Assembly: GCF_900199515.1 (NCBI RefSeq)
Contig: NZ_LT963434.1
Location: 1 to 23,944, forward strand
Origin: Massilicoli timonensis
GTDB taxonomy: Bacteria > Bacillota_I > Bacilli_A > Erysipelotrichales > Erysipelotrichaceae
Length of the DNA stretch: 23,944 nt
Reading direction: 5' to 3'
Both the position numbers and the translations under genes were made by a program. Shown here piece after piece: positions 12,237 to 21,793 of this stretch (its first letter is position 1; the number at the start of each line of letters is the position of its first letter). The notes beneath the pieces were generated by a model. That model was given only the letters and a program-made list of their open reading frames with translations, made no database searches and was not told where the DNA came from.

Positions 12237-13004
12237 AGATGGTCGTTTCATGATATAGGTAAAATGGCGGCCGCACGCATGATCGCGGCGGTAAGAGAAG
12301 AAATTGGGATTGTCGCACTTGGTATCATTTTTATCAATGGTGATATGATGCGGCAGCACGCCCAGCTCCAGCAGCATCTTTTTATTTAAGCCGACGTTAT
12401 CCAGCAGCGCTTTGCCGTTTTCCAGTTCTTGGATATAGGGTGCGCTTGCAAGCGGCAGCTTATGGATCTGTTCGATGACTTCGCTGCCGACTTCAAGTGA
12501 GGAAAAGGCGATCGAAGGACCGATATAGGCATGCAGATAAGCCGGATCGACTTGTTCCTGCTCGATCAGATGCTTGACAAGCTTTGCGGTGATCTGATGC
12601 AGCGTTCCTTTCCAGCCGGCATGGATCGCGGCAATGATGCCCTGTAATTCATCATACAGCAAGATCGGCGCACAATCAGCAGTCATGACACCGATGAGCA
12701 GCCCTTCTTCTCGGGTATAGCAGGCATCACAATCCACTATCCCATCTTGATAGGACAAAGCGCCTTTCCCGGCCATCTGAGCCGTTACTTCGACAAAATG
12801 GTCGCTGTGGGTCTGTTGTAAAAACACACAGTCGGATAAAGAAATACCGAGTTCTTTGACAAATTGTTTTCGGTTATTTAAGACAGCGGCTTCCTCGCCC
12901 GGTGTATGCAGCGCCAAATTACCATTTTCCGGCATGTTTGGATCGCGCAAGGTCGTTCCCGCAAGCAAATGCGGTGTTTGTTTCCATAGAATCTGTTTCA
13001 TCAT
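12222..13004 (-). CDS. pgeF: Peptidoglycan editing factor PgeF (YfiH/YlmD, purine nucleoside phosphorylase / laccase-domain family)
   Basis: Family motifs LQQTHSD, MTADCAPILL, AIHAGWKGT and FFSYRRD are present. 260 aa. Start is either ATG 13004 or 13001. Confidence 0.9.
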   Translation of the reverse strand: MMKQILWKQTPHLLAGTTLRDPNMPENGNLALHTPGEEAAVLNNRKQFVKELGISLSDCVFLQQTHSDHFVEVTAQMAGKGALSYQDGIVDCDACYTREEGLLIGVMTADCAPILLYDELQGIIAAIHAGWKGTLHQITAKLVKHLIEQEQVDPAYLHAYIGPSIAFSSLEVGSEVIEQIHKLPLASAPYIQELENGKALLDNVGLNKKMLLELGVLPHHITIDKNDTKCDNPNFFSYRRDHACGRHFTYIMKRPSKKPV

Positions 13005-13177
13005 GTGTTCCTTCTTTCTTAATATCGTAAATGACTGTCGGTTGCCACTTGGCTATGCAAGTCAGTATATGTTGATTTTGATCGATTATGCCTAAATGCA
13101 TTCTCACTATAACAGAAAAGCATGAAAAATACAATTACATTGCTGTAAGGTAAGCGTGATGATCTTTTTTTGAAATT

Positions 13178-13204
13178 TTAGCACTAAAGTATTGACAGTG
13201 CTAA
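13178..13204 (+). promoter_or_regulatory. CIRCE operator (HrcA binding site)
   Basis: TTAGCACTA-N9-CAGTGCTAA versus consensus TTAGCACTC-N9-GAGTGCTAA (8/9 + 8/9). Confidence 0.9.
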
Positions 13205-13220
13205 AAAAATAGCATATACT
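13192..13220 (+). promoter_or_regulatory. Sigma-A promoter of the hrcA-grpE-dnaK-dnaJ operon
   Basis: -35 TTGACA (13192-13197, inside the CIRCE spacer/right arm), 17-nt spacer, -10 TATACT (13215-13220). Confidence 0.75.
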
Positions 13221-13221
13221 G

Positions 13222-13248
13222 TTAGCAGACATAAGATAAGAGTGCCAG
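13222..13248 (+). promoter_or_regulatory. Second, degenerate CIRCE-like inverted repeat
   Basis: TTAGCAGAC-N9-GAGTGCCAG (7/9 + 7/9 to consensus, correct 9-nt spacer). It lies between the -10 and the SD GGGAGG, the canonical CIRCE position. Confidence 0.5.
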
Positions 13249-13264
13249 AAGGGAGGCAGAGAGC

Positions 13265-14278
13265 ATGCTGAGTGAAAGACAGGCGGTCATCTTCAAAACG
13301 ATCGTCGATGAGTTTACGAAAACCGCGGAACCGGTCGGCAGTAAGACGCTGGTGAATCTGCTAAGCATGCGCTGTTCTTCGGCAACGATCCGCAATGAGA
13401 TGGCGGCGTTAGAAGAAATGGGATTGCTTGAAAAAACGCATACTTCAAGCGGTCGGATCCCTTCCAGCAAAGGCTATCGCTTCTATGTTGAAAACATGAT
13501 GGAAACGCAGCTGGATGACAATGTCAAACATTCGCTCCAGCAGGTGTTTCAGGAACGTCATTATACATTAGATGAAATCGTCAAGAAAAGCTGTGATATC
13601 TTATCGCAGATGACCAATCTGACATCGTTGGTGCTCGGGCCTGATTCCCGCTGTCAGAGATTACAGCACATTCAGTTGTTTCCGATCAGCGAAAGAAGTG
13701 CGGTAGCGGTATTTATTACCGATCATGGGCATACTGAGAACAAGACCTTTCAGTTTGATACGACAGTATCGCTCAATGATATCCAGACGTGTTGCAATCT
13801 GCTTAATGACAAGCTGTGCGGTACACCGATCAGCAGTGTCGTGGAGAAGATGAAGGAAATCAAGCCGCTGCTTGCGGCCAGCGTGTCCCGCCATGAAGTG
13901 CTCTTCCAGGCATTTGTCAATGCTTTCATTCGTTTTGCGAGCGACAATGTTTATTGCAGCGGACAGAGCAATATGCTGTATCAGCCTGAGTTTGCGGATA
14001 TCGAACGATTGAAGCAGCTGATGAAAATGTTGGAGGATTCCAGTGTTTGGCGGCAGCTTGCCAATACGGAAGGCGATCTGGCGATCCGCATCGGCAATGA
14101 CAACGGTGTCTTGCAGATGGATGATGTTTCGGTCATCACCAGCAAATTTCATCTGAATGCACAGGAAGAAGGACAACTCATGATCGTAGGACCGACTCGT
14201 ATGCAATATGATCGGGTCGTCGCATTGATGGAATATATGAGCAAGGTCATCGAAGAATTATACAGTGAGGAATATTAG
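13265..14278 (+). CDS. hrcA: Heat-inducible transcription repressor HrcA
   Basis: MLSERQAVIFKTIVDEFTKTAEPVGSKTL... is the typical HrcA N-terminal wHTH. 337 aa. First gene of the dnaK operon, with CIRCE upstream. Confidence 0.95.
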   Translation: MLSERQAVIFKTIVDEFTKTAEPVGSKTLVNLLSMRCSSATIRNEMAALEEMGLLEKTHTSSGRIPSSKGYRFYVENMMETQLDDNVKHSLQQVFQERHYTLDEIVKKSCDILSQMTNLTSLVLGPDSRCQRLQHIQLFPISERSAVAVFITDHGHTENKTFQFDTTVSLNDIQTCCNLLNDKLCGTPISSVVEKMKEIKPLLAASVSRHEVLFQAFVNAFIRFASDNVYCSGQSNMLYQPEFADIERLKQLMKMLEDSSVWRQLANTEGDLAIRIGNDNGVLQMDDVSVITSKFHLNAQEEGQLMIVGPTRMQYDRVVALMEYMSKVIEELYSEEY

Positions 14279-14287
14279 GAGGTCGTC

Positions 14288-14896
14288 ATGAGCGAAGAAG
14301 TAAAGGAAACAGCACCGCAGACGGAAGCAAAAGAAGAAACCATAGCGGAAGCGGAAACGATGCAGGAAGCAAATGAGGCAGAAAAGGAAGAAACAGCCGG
14401 TAAAAAGAAGCACTTCGGCAAAAAGGACAAAGAGATCGAAGCGCTGAAGGAAGAGATCGCCAAGCTGCAAGAGGAGCTTGCGACGAGCAAGAACGCTTAC
14501 TTCAAGGCATATGCCGATACGGAAAACTTGAAGAAACGTTTGCAGAGCGAAGCGGCCAATACGCGCAAATACCGTATTCAAAGCTTTGCGACAGAGGTAT
14601 TGCCGGTGCTTGATAACTTAGAAAGAGCATTGGCGGTAAAAAGTGATGACGCCAATGTGGTGAACTATGCCAAGGGCTTTGAGATGATCTATCAGCAGCT
14701 GATCGCCATCTTGAAGCAGGAGGGCGTAGAAGAAATCGAAGCGCTGAATCAGCCCTTTGATGCCAATTACCACAATGCCCTGATGCAGGAAGCAAAGGAA
14801 GGCGTAGAAAGCGGAATGGTCATTGAAGTGCTTCAGAAAGGATATATGTTAAAAGATCGCGTCTTGCGCGCGGCACTTGTAAAAGTGAGTGAATAA
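14288..14896 (+). CDS. grpE: Nucleotide exchange factor GrpE
   Basis: Acidic N-terminus followed by a coiled coil and YFKAYADTENLKKR..., VLPVLDNLERAL, KGYMLKDRVLRAALVKV. Confidence 0.95.
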   Translation: MSEEVKETAPQTEAKEETIAEAETMQEANEAEKEETAGKKKHFGKKDKEIEALKEEIAKLQEELATSKNAYFKAYADTENLKKRLQSEAANTRKYRIQSFATEVLPVLDNLERALAVKSDDANVVNYAKGFEMIYQQLIAILKQEGVEEIEALNQPFDANYHNALMQEAKEGVESGMVIEVLQKGYMLKDRVLRAALVKVSE

Positions 14897-14914
14897 GAAA
14901 ACAGGAGGTAATGA

Positions 14915-16729
<1,815 letters not shown>

Positions 16730-16750
16730 TCGGCAAATAAAAAGCAAACG

Positions 16751-16786
16751 GTGTAGAAGTTTTGGCTGATGCTTGAACTTCTACAC
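16751..16786 (+). terminator. Hairpin in the dnaK-dnaJ spacer (partial terminator / processing site)
   Basis: GTGTAGAAGTT (16751-16761) / AACTTCTACAC (16776-16786) with a 14-nt loop. Only a weak T tract (GTTTCT) follows. Confidence 0.45.
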
Positions 16787-16862
16787 GTTTCTATGCAAAT
16801 GATAAAAGCAATGAAAAAAGATGGTTCTATCGAATGGATGATAGGTAATTGGAGGGATCATA

Positions 16863-17978
16863 ATGGCTGAAAAACGCGATTATTATGAGGTGCTTGGAAT
16901 TAGTAAAGGCGCCAGCGATGATGAAATCAAAAGAGCCTATCGAAAGATGGCAAAAAAATATCACCCGGATGTCAATAAAGAACCGGGTGCGGAAGAAAAA
17001 TTCAAAGAGATCAATGAAGCCTATGAAGTACTGAGCGATCCGCAGAAAAAAGCCACGTATGATCAATTCGGACATGCCGGAATGGATGGCGCGGCTGGTT
17101 TCGGTGGCGGCTTCAGCGGTTTTGGCGGCGGTGGTTTCGGCGGTTTCGACGATATTTTCTCCAGTTTCTTCGGCGGCGGTTTCGGCGGCGGCGGACGTCG
17201 TGCCAGTAACGGACCGCGCAAGGGAAATGATCGCTTCATGCAGATGACGATCGACTTTATGGATGCGATCTTCGGTGTTAACAAGAAAATTACGATCGAG
17301 GTAGATGAACCGTGCGACCACTGTCATGGAACCGGTGCACGTTCGCAAAGCGACATTCAGACATGTCCTACTTGTCATGGCAGCGGCTATGTCGTGACCC
17401 AGCAGCGTACCCCGCTAGGCGTGATGCAGAGCCAGTCGGTCTGCCCGGACTGTCATGGAAGCGGTAAGAAGATCCTGCATACATGCGATCACTGTCACGG
17501 ACGCGGCTATGAGCATAAACGAGTGGAATTAGACATCAAGATTCCGGCCGGCGTACAATCCGGTCAACAGCTGCGCATCAGCGGAAAAGGAGAACGCGGT
17601 GCAAATGGCGGTCCTAACGGTGATTTGTTCATCGAAGTGCTGGTGCGCCGTCATAAGACGTTCGTGCGTGACGGCAATGATATTCGCATCAGCGTACCGA
17701 TTTCGGCATTGGATGCGATCTTAGGAACAAAGATCGATGTACCGACTGTCTACGGCGATGTGGAATTGACGATCCCGGCCGGTACGCAATATGGTCAGCA
17801 GTTCCGCCTGAAGGGAAAAGGTGTAAAAGGCGCGCGTACGACCGGTGATCAGTATGTTGAAGTTACCGTAGAGATTCCAACGAAGATCTCGCGGGAAGAA
17901 AAAGAGCTGTATGAAAAGATCAAAGCCAAAAAGGGGCATGAATCTCCGTTTGAAAAATTTAAGAAAGCATTTCGTTAA
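16863..17978 (+). CDS. dnaJ: Molecular chaperone DnaJ (type I Hsp40)
   Basis: J domain with HPD (KKYHPDVNK), a G/F-rich linker and four CxxCxGxG repeats ([32 protein letters not shown]). Confidence 0.97.
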   Translation: MAEKRDYYEVLGISKGASDDEIKRAYRKMAKKYHPDVNKEPGAEEKFKEINEAYEVLSDPQKKATYDQFGHAGMDGAAGFGGGFSGFGGGGFGGFDDIFSSFFGGGFGGGGRRASNGPRKGNDRFMQMTIDFMDAIFGVNKKITIEVDEPCDHCHGTGARSQSDIQTCPTCHGSGYVVTQQRTPLGVMQSQSVCPDCHGSGKKILHTCDHCHGRGYEHKRVELDIKIPAGVQSGQQLRISGKGERGANGGPNGDLFIEVLVRRHKTFVRDGNDIRISVPISALDAILGTKIDVPTVYGDVELTIPAGTQYGQQFRLKGKGVKGARTTGDQYVEVTVEIPTKISREEKELYEKIKAKKGHESPFEKFKKAFR

Positions 17979-17985
17979 TATACGG

Positions 17986-18012
17986 CCATCTGTCAATGAC
18001 AGATGGTTTTTT
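17986..18012 (+). terminator. Intrinsic terminator of the dnaK operon
   Basis: CCATCTGTC (17986-17994) / GACAGATGG (17998-18006), followed by TTTTTT (18007-18012). Confidence 0.85.
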
Positions 18013-18023
18013 AATGAAAAGCA

Positions 18024-18053
18024 TTGCCATGGCAAAAAGAAGAAGCGTATAAT
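18024..18053 (+). promoter_or_regulatory. Putative promoter of the amidohydrolase gene
   Basis: -35 TTGCCA (18024-18029), 18-nt spacer, -10 TATAAT (18048-18053). Confidence 0.55.
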
Positions 18054-18078
18054 AACAAGCAATAAGGAGGGTAATCGT

Positions 18079-19212
18079 ATGAAAATTTTATTGAAGCAGG
18101 GACTGGTGCACGATGTGGAACTAGGTGAGATCAAAGTGCAGGATCTGTTAATGGAAGATGGCAAGATCAAAAAAATCGCCGATACGATCAACGATGCAGA
18201 GGCAGTCGTGTATGATGTAAAGGGGAAACATGTTTATCCCGGTATGGTAGAGGCGCATTGTCATATGGGATTACATGAGGCAGCCATTCAGTTTGAAGGG
18301 AATGACACCAATGAATCCAGTGATCCGATCATGCCGCATGTCAGGGGGATCGATGGCATCAATCCGATGGATGAAGCGATCCAAGATGCCAGAGCTGCCG
18401 GTATTACGACGGTATGCGCCGGTCCCGGCAGCGCCGATGTGATCGGCGGTACATTTTGCGCTTATAAAACGTATGGAAACTGTATTGATGAAATGCTGAT
18501 CAAGGATCCGGTAGCGATGAAATGTGCATTTGGGGAAAATCCCAAGCGAGTATTTCAGGAAAAAGGCATCAAGACCCGCATGAATGTCGCGGCGCTGCTG
18601 CGCAAGACTTTGCTTGAGGCAAAGCAGTATGCCCAGAAAAAGGATGCGGCTTATGATATGAAACTGGCGGCGATGCAGGCAGTGATCGAAAAGCAGATCC
18701 CGTTAAAGATCCATGCGCATCGTGCCGACGATATTTGTACGGCGATCCGCATTGCGAAAGAGTTTGACGTAAAGGCAACGCTGGATCATTGTACCGAGGG
18801 GCATCTGATCGTCGATCAGGTGGTCAAAAGCGGCTTTCCAGCAATCTGTGGACCTTCCATGAGCGCCAGATCCAAATATGAACTGAAACATAAATCATTT
18901 GAAACGGCGGGCATTTTGGCAGAGCAGGGCGTATTGGTCGCCATTACGACCGATTCTCCGGTGATCCCGCAAGAGTATCTTCCATACTGCGCCGCTTTGT
19001 GTATGAAGCATGGGATGCGAGAAGCAGACGCATTGCGCGCGATCACCATCAATCCTGCCAAGATCATCGCTTTAGATGATCGCATCGGTTCCTTAAAAGA
19101 AGGAAAAGACGGCGATGTCGTTGTATGTGACGGCAGTATCTTTGATTTACAGACGCATGTGCTTTATACCTTTATCAATGGCGAACTGGTATATGAAAAG
19201 AAAAGAGCTTGA
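18079..19212 (+). CDS. Metal-dependent amidohydrolase family protein
   Basis: Amidohydrolase N-terminal beta-sandwich (ILLKQGLVHD...GKIKKI) followed by the HxH metal motif (VEAHCHMG); later IHAHRADD and TTDSPV. Start set at ATG 18079 (AAGGAGG SD). The upstream part of ORF 17911 overlaps dnaJ and crosses its terminator. Confidence 0.82.
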   Translation: MKILLKQGLVHDVELGEIKVQDLLMEDGKIKKIADTINDAEAVVYDVKGKHVYPGMVEAHCHMGLHEAAIQFEGNDTNESSDPIMPHVRGIDGINPMDEAIQDARAAGITTVCAGPGSADVIGGTFCAYKTYGNCIDEMLIKDPVAMKCAFGENPKRVFQEKGIKTRMNVAALLRKTLLEAKQYAQKKDAAYDMKLAAMQAVIEKQIPLKIHAHRADDICTAIRIAKEFDVKATLDHCTEGHLIVDQVVKSGFPAICGPSMSARSKYELKHKSFETAGILAEQGVLVAITTDSPVIPQEYLPYCAALCMKHGMREADALRAITINPAKIIALDDRIGSLKEGKDGDVVVCDGSIFDLQTHVLYTFINGELVYEKKRA

Positions 19213-19229
19213 TCAAAGCTCTTTTTTTA
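19202..19229 (+). terminator. Intrinsic terminator after the amidohydrolase gene
   Basis: AAAGAGCTT (19202-19210) / AAGCTCTTT (19216-19224), followed by a T-run. Confidence 0.75.
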
Positions 19230-19278
19230 GGAACACGGCTTTGTTTGCGCATGTGCTTTGATAAGAGAGGTGGCGTTT

Positions 19279-19743
19279 ATGAAGCATTGGATTGCCTTGG
19301 CGGTTTTGCTTTTATTTTATGTTTCGCAAACTTATTCTGCAATTGATTTATCTGCATTTGAACTGGAAAAGATCACCGTAGAAATCAAAGGAGAAGTCAC
19401 AAATCCCGGTATTTATCATGTTGAACAAGATGCCTGTTATGAAGATGTGATCGCTTTGGCGGGAGGTATCACAAAAAACGCTTCTTTGGATGCGATCAAT
19501 TTAAGCAAGCGGGTCGTTCATGAAAGCGTCATCGTGATTCCTAAGATACAAAGCACCTGCATCTCCTTGAATCAGGCCAGCGAGGAGGAACTGATGCGCT
19601 TAACCGGAGTAGGAGCGGCAACGGCCAAACGGATCATTGCTTATCGTACGACAACACCGTTTCAGACGATCGAGGATGTGATGAAAGTAAAGGGGATCAA
19701 AGAAAAGCTGTTTCAGAAGATGAAAGATGATCTATGCCTGTAA
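19279..19743 (+). CDS. comEA: Competence protein ComEA (DNA receptor; SLBB + helix-hairpin-helix)
   Basis: N-terminal TM anchor, then an SLBB-like VEIKGEVTNPGIYHV, then a C-terminal HhH pair LNQASEEELMRLTGVGAATAKRIIAYR...KVKGIKEKLFQKM. Start at ATG 19279 (GAGAGGTGG SD). Confidence 0.88.
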   Translation: MKHWIALAVLLLFYVSQTYSAIDLSAFELEKITVEIKGEVTNPGIYHVEQDACYEDVIALAGGITKNASLDAINLSKRVVHESVIVIPKIQSTCISLNQASEEELMRLTGVGAATAKRIIAYRTTTPFQTIEDVMKVKGIKEKLFQKMKDDLCL

Positions 19744-21683
19744 AGGGAGAATTGCTGTTATATGTACTAAGCGGCATGGCGATTTGTTATTTATCCTCTG
19801 CTTTCGCAAAAATGATCGCTGTGATCGCACTGCTGATCTGGTATGCCTACTTCCATGCCCACAGTACGATCTGCTTTCTGTTGTTTTTGATCGGCGTTTG
19901 TTTTTGGATACAGCCCTCGGCAGTACAAAAAATGAAAGATGTCGTACAGGTGGTAGCGGTGCATGCCGATTATGCGATCGTAAGTGATGGCAAGACGCAA
20001 GGCATCGCTTATGGTCTTGACGATGTCAATTATGATGAGGTGCTGCGCTTAACGGGAACATGGAAGCCGATTGTTTCGCTGCAGAATTTTTATGGATTTT
20101 CATTCGCCAAGTGGTGCAACCGCAGAGGCATCTATGAACAGTGGCAGGGAACTTATGAGAAAATAGCTGCGAAAGATACGCTGCGCAGCCGTCTCTATGC
20201 CCATGTGCAGAAGCTGCCGAAAAACGCGCGCAGTTATGTGTCAGGATTTTTATTCGGCGCGCTGAAGCGAAGTGATGACCTTGCGTATCTGATGCAGGCA
20301 GGCGGTTTTCACGTGAGCGCTTTATTCCTGTTTCTGCGCCGTTTCATTGCGCGTTTTTCCGTAAAGCACGCCCGCTTTCTCGCTTATCTGCTCGGTTTTC
20401 TACTTGTGAGCATCACCAAGGAAAGCGCTGCGATCCAAAGGGTGCTGGTATTTGAATTTGTCGCTTGCCTGCCGATCGAAAATCAAAAGGATCGTTTTGC
20501 GTTTGCCGTTTTGTTAAGCGTACTGCTGTTTCCTTATCTGCTTTATGAGTATGGCTTTTTACTGGCATGTTCGATTCGCATGATCTTTTTGTTTGTGCAG
20601 GGCAGATGGAAGCAGCGTATCATGCTTTGGGCAGTCTTGATTGCGTTTCAGCTCTTTGCTTTTTATGAATGCAGTTTATTGCAGCTGCTACTTTTTCCGC
20701 TCTATCGCCGTATTTTCGCTTTTGCTTATCTGTTTGCCTGGGGGATCGTGTTTTTCCCGCTGCTTGGCGGTTTGGCAGGAGCAATGGAAGTGGTTTTGAA
20801 ATGGGTGCTGTCTTGGCCAAATGATCTGTTGTCATTAAGCGGCAAGCCTTCTTTTTTATGGCTTTTGTTATGGGGAAGGACGATCGCTTATCTAATCAAG
20901 CATACCGAGAAAAAAAGTATGATAAAAGCAATGATGCTGCTGGCGGTGTTTCCTTATCAGGCCTATTTGCATCCATTTGGAGAAGTGATGATGATCGATG
21001 TCGGACAAGGCGATTGTTTTTTATTCACGCTGCCGTTTCATCAGGGAACCATGCTCATTGATGTTGCCGGATCACTTTATAAAAATATCCCCGAACAGAC
21101 GCTGCAGCCGATCTTGAAAGCAAAAGGGATCGATGTGATCGATATCGTGGTCGTAACGCATGATGACTATGATCATAGCGGCGGTTTACAGGAACTAAAG
21201 GAAATCGTGCGCGTCAAGCAGGTGATCGATGCTTATCAGCCAACGGTTGCGCTTGGTAAACAATTATGGTATATGCCTATGGATACAAGCGCTTATGATA
21301 ATGAAAATGATCGTTCTTTGTTATTGTATGGGCAGCTTGGAAAGCATCGCTATCTGTTTATGGGAGATGCGGGAATCGCCGTGGAAGAGGAATTGATGCG
21401 CCGTTATCCACAGTTGGACTGTGATGTTTTGAAATTGGGGCATCATGGTTCTCATACCGGTACATCATCGTTGTTCTTACAACAGGTAAATCCACAGATG
21501 GCACTGATTTCGGCAGGACGCAATAATCGCTATGGACATCCGCATGAGGAAGTGCTTTCCCGTTTACAAAGTTATGCGATCTATTACCAAAACACAGCGG
21601 AAAAAGGAGCGCTGCGGATCTACTACACGCCCTGGTTTTCTTTCTTTGTGAATTCGGCACATGAGTTTGGCTTTCTGAAATAA
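19734..21683 (+). CDS. comEC: DNA internalization-related competence protein ComEC/Rec2
   Basis: N-terminal TM/OB region, a polytopic competence domain, and a C-terminal metallo-beta-lactamase domain (MIDVGQGD, VVTHDDYDHSGG, LKLGHHGS, RYGHPH). Overlaps the comEA stop by 10 nt. Confidence 0.92.
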   Translation: MPVKGELLLYVLSGMAICYLSSAFAKMIAVIALLIWYAYFHAHSTICFLLFLIGVCFWIQPSAVQKMKDVVQVVAVHADYAIVSDGKTQGIAYGLDDVNYDEVLRLTGTWKPIVSLQNFYGFSFAKWCNRRGIYEQWQGTYEKIAAKDTLRSRLYAHVQKLPKNARSYVSGFLFGALKRSDDLAYLMQAGGFHVSALFLFLRRFIARFSVKHARFLAYLLGFLLVSITKESAAIQRVLVFEFVACLPIENQKDRFAFAVLLSVLLFPYLLYEYGFLLACSIRMIFLFVQGRWKQRIMLWAVLIAFQLFAFYECSLLQLLLFPLYRRIFAFAYLFAWGIVFFPLLGGLAGAMEVVLKWVLSWPNDLLSLSGKPSFLWLLLWGRTIAYLIKHTEKKSMIKAMMLLAVFPYQAYLHPFGEVMMIDVGQGDCFLFTLPFHQGTMLIDVAGSLYKNIPEQTLQPILKAKGIDVIDIVVVTHDDYDHSGGLQELKEIVRVKQVIDAYQPTVALGKQLWYMPMDTSAYDNENDRSLLLYGQLGKHRYLFMGDAGIAVEEELMRRYPQLDCDVLKLGHHGSHTGTSSLFLQQVNPQMALISAGRNNRYGHPHEEVLSRLQSYAIYYQNTAEKGALRIYYTPWFSFFVNSAHEFGFLK

Positions 21684-21700
21684 AATGTGTTACAATCCCA

Positions 21701-21713
21701 AGTTTGACACCTA
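21701..21713. repeat. IS terminal inverted repeat (comEC-proximal end)
   Basis: AGTTTGACACCTA; its reverse complement occurs at 23654-23666. Confidence 0.85.
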
Positions 21714-21722
21714 GACAATGAA

Positions 21723-21766
21723 AAAACTCAAGAAAAGCTGATAAATAAAGGCTAATCTTGAGTTTT
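21723..21766. terminator. Hairpin inside the IS, downstream of the transposase stop (terminator; also blocks comEC read-through)
   Basis: AAAACTCAAGA (21723-21733) / TCTTGAGTTTT (21756-21766) with a 22-nt loop and A/T runs on both sides. Confidence 0.55.
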
Positions 21767-21793
21767 CGTTTTGTAACGATATGTGGTATTTTT

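Noticed and set aside
17911-18078. N-terminal extension of the amidohydrolase ORF overlapping the dnaJ 3' end.
   Set aside because: It crosses the dnaJ terminator and a promoter. ATG 18079 has the AAGGAGG SD and starts the conserved fold.
21701-21713. The IS inverted repeat AGTTTGAC resembles a half-site of the streptococcal FabT box (AGTTTGA...TCAAA). The palindrome at 12211-12230 has TTTGA-GA-TCAAA.
   Set aside because: The IR is not palindromic. The 12.2-kb palindrome has the wrong spacing and is fully explained as a terminator. The resemblance is likely coincidental.
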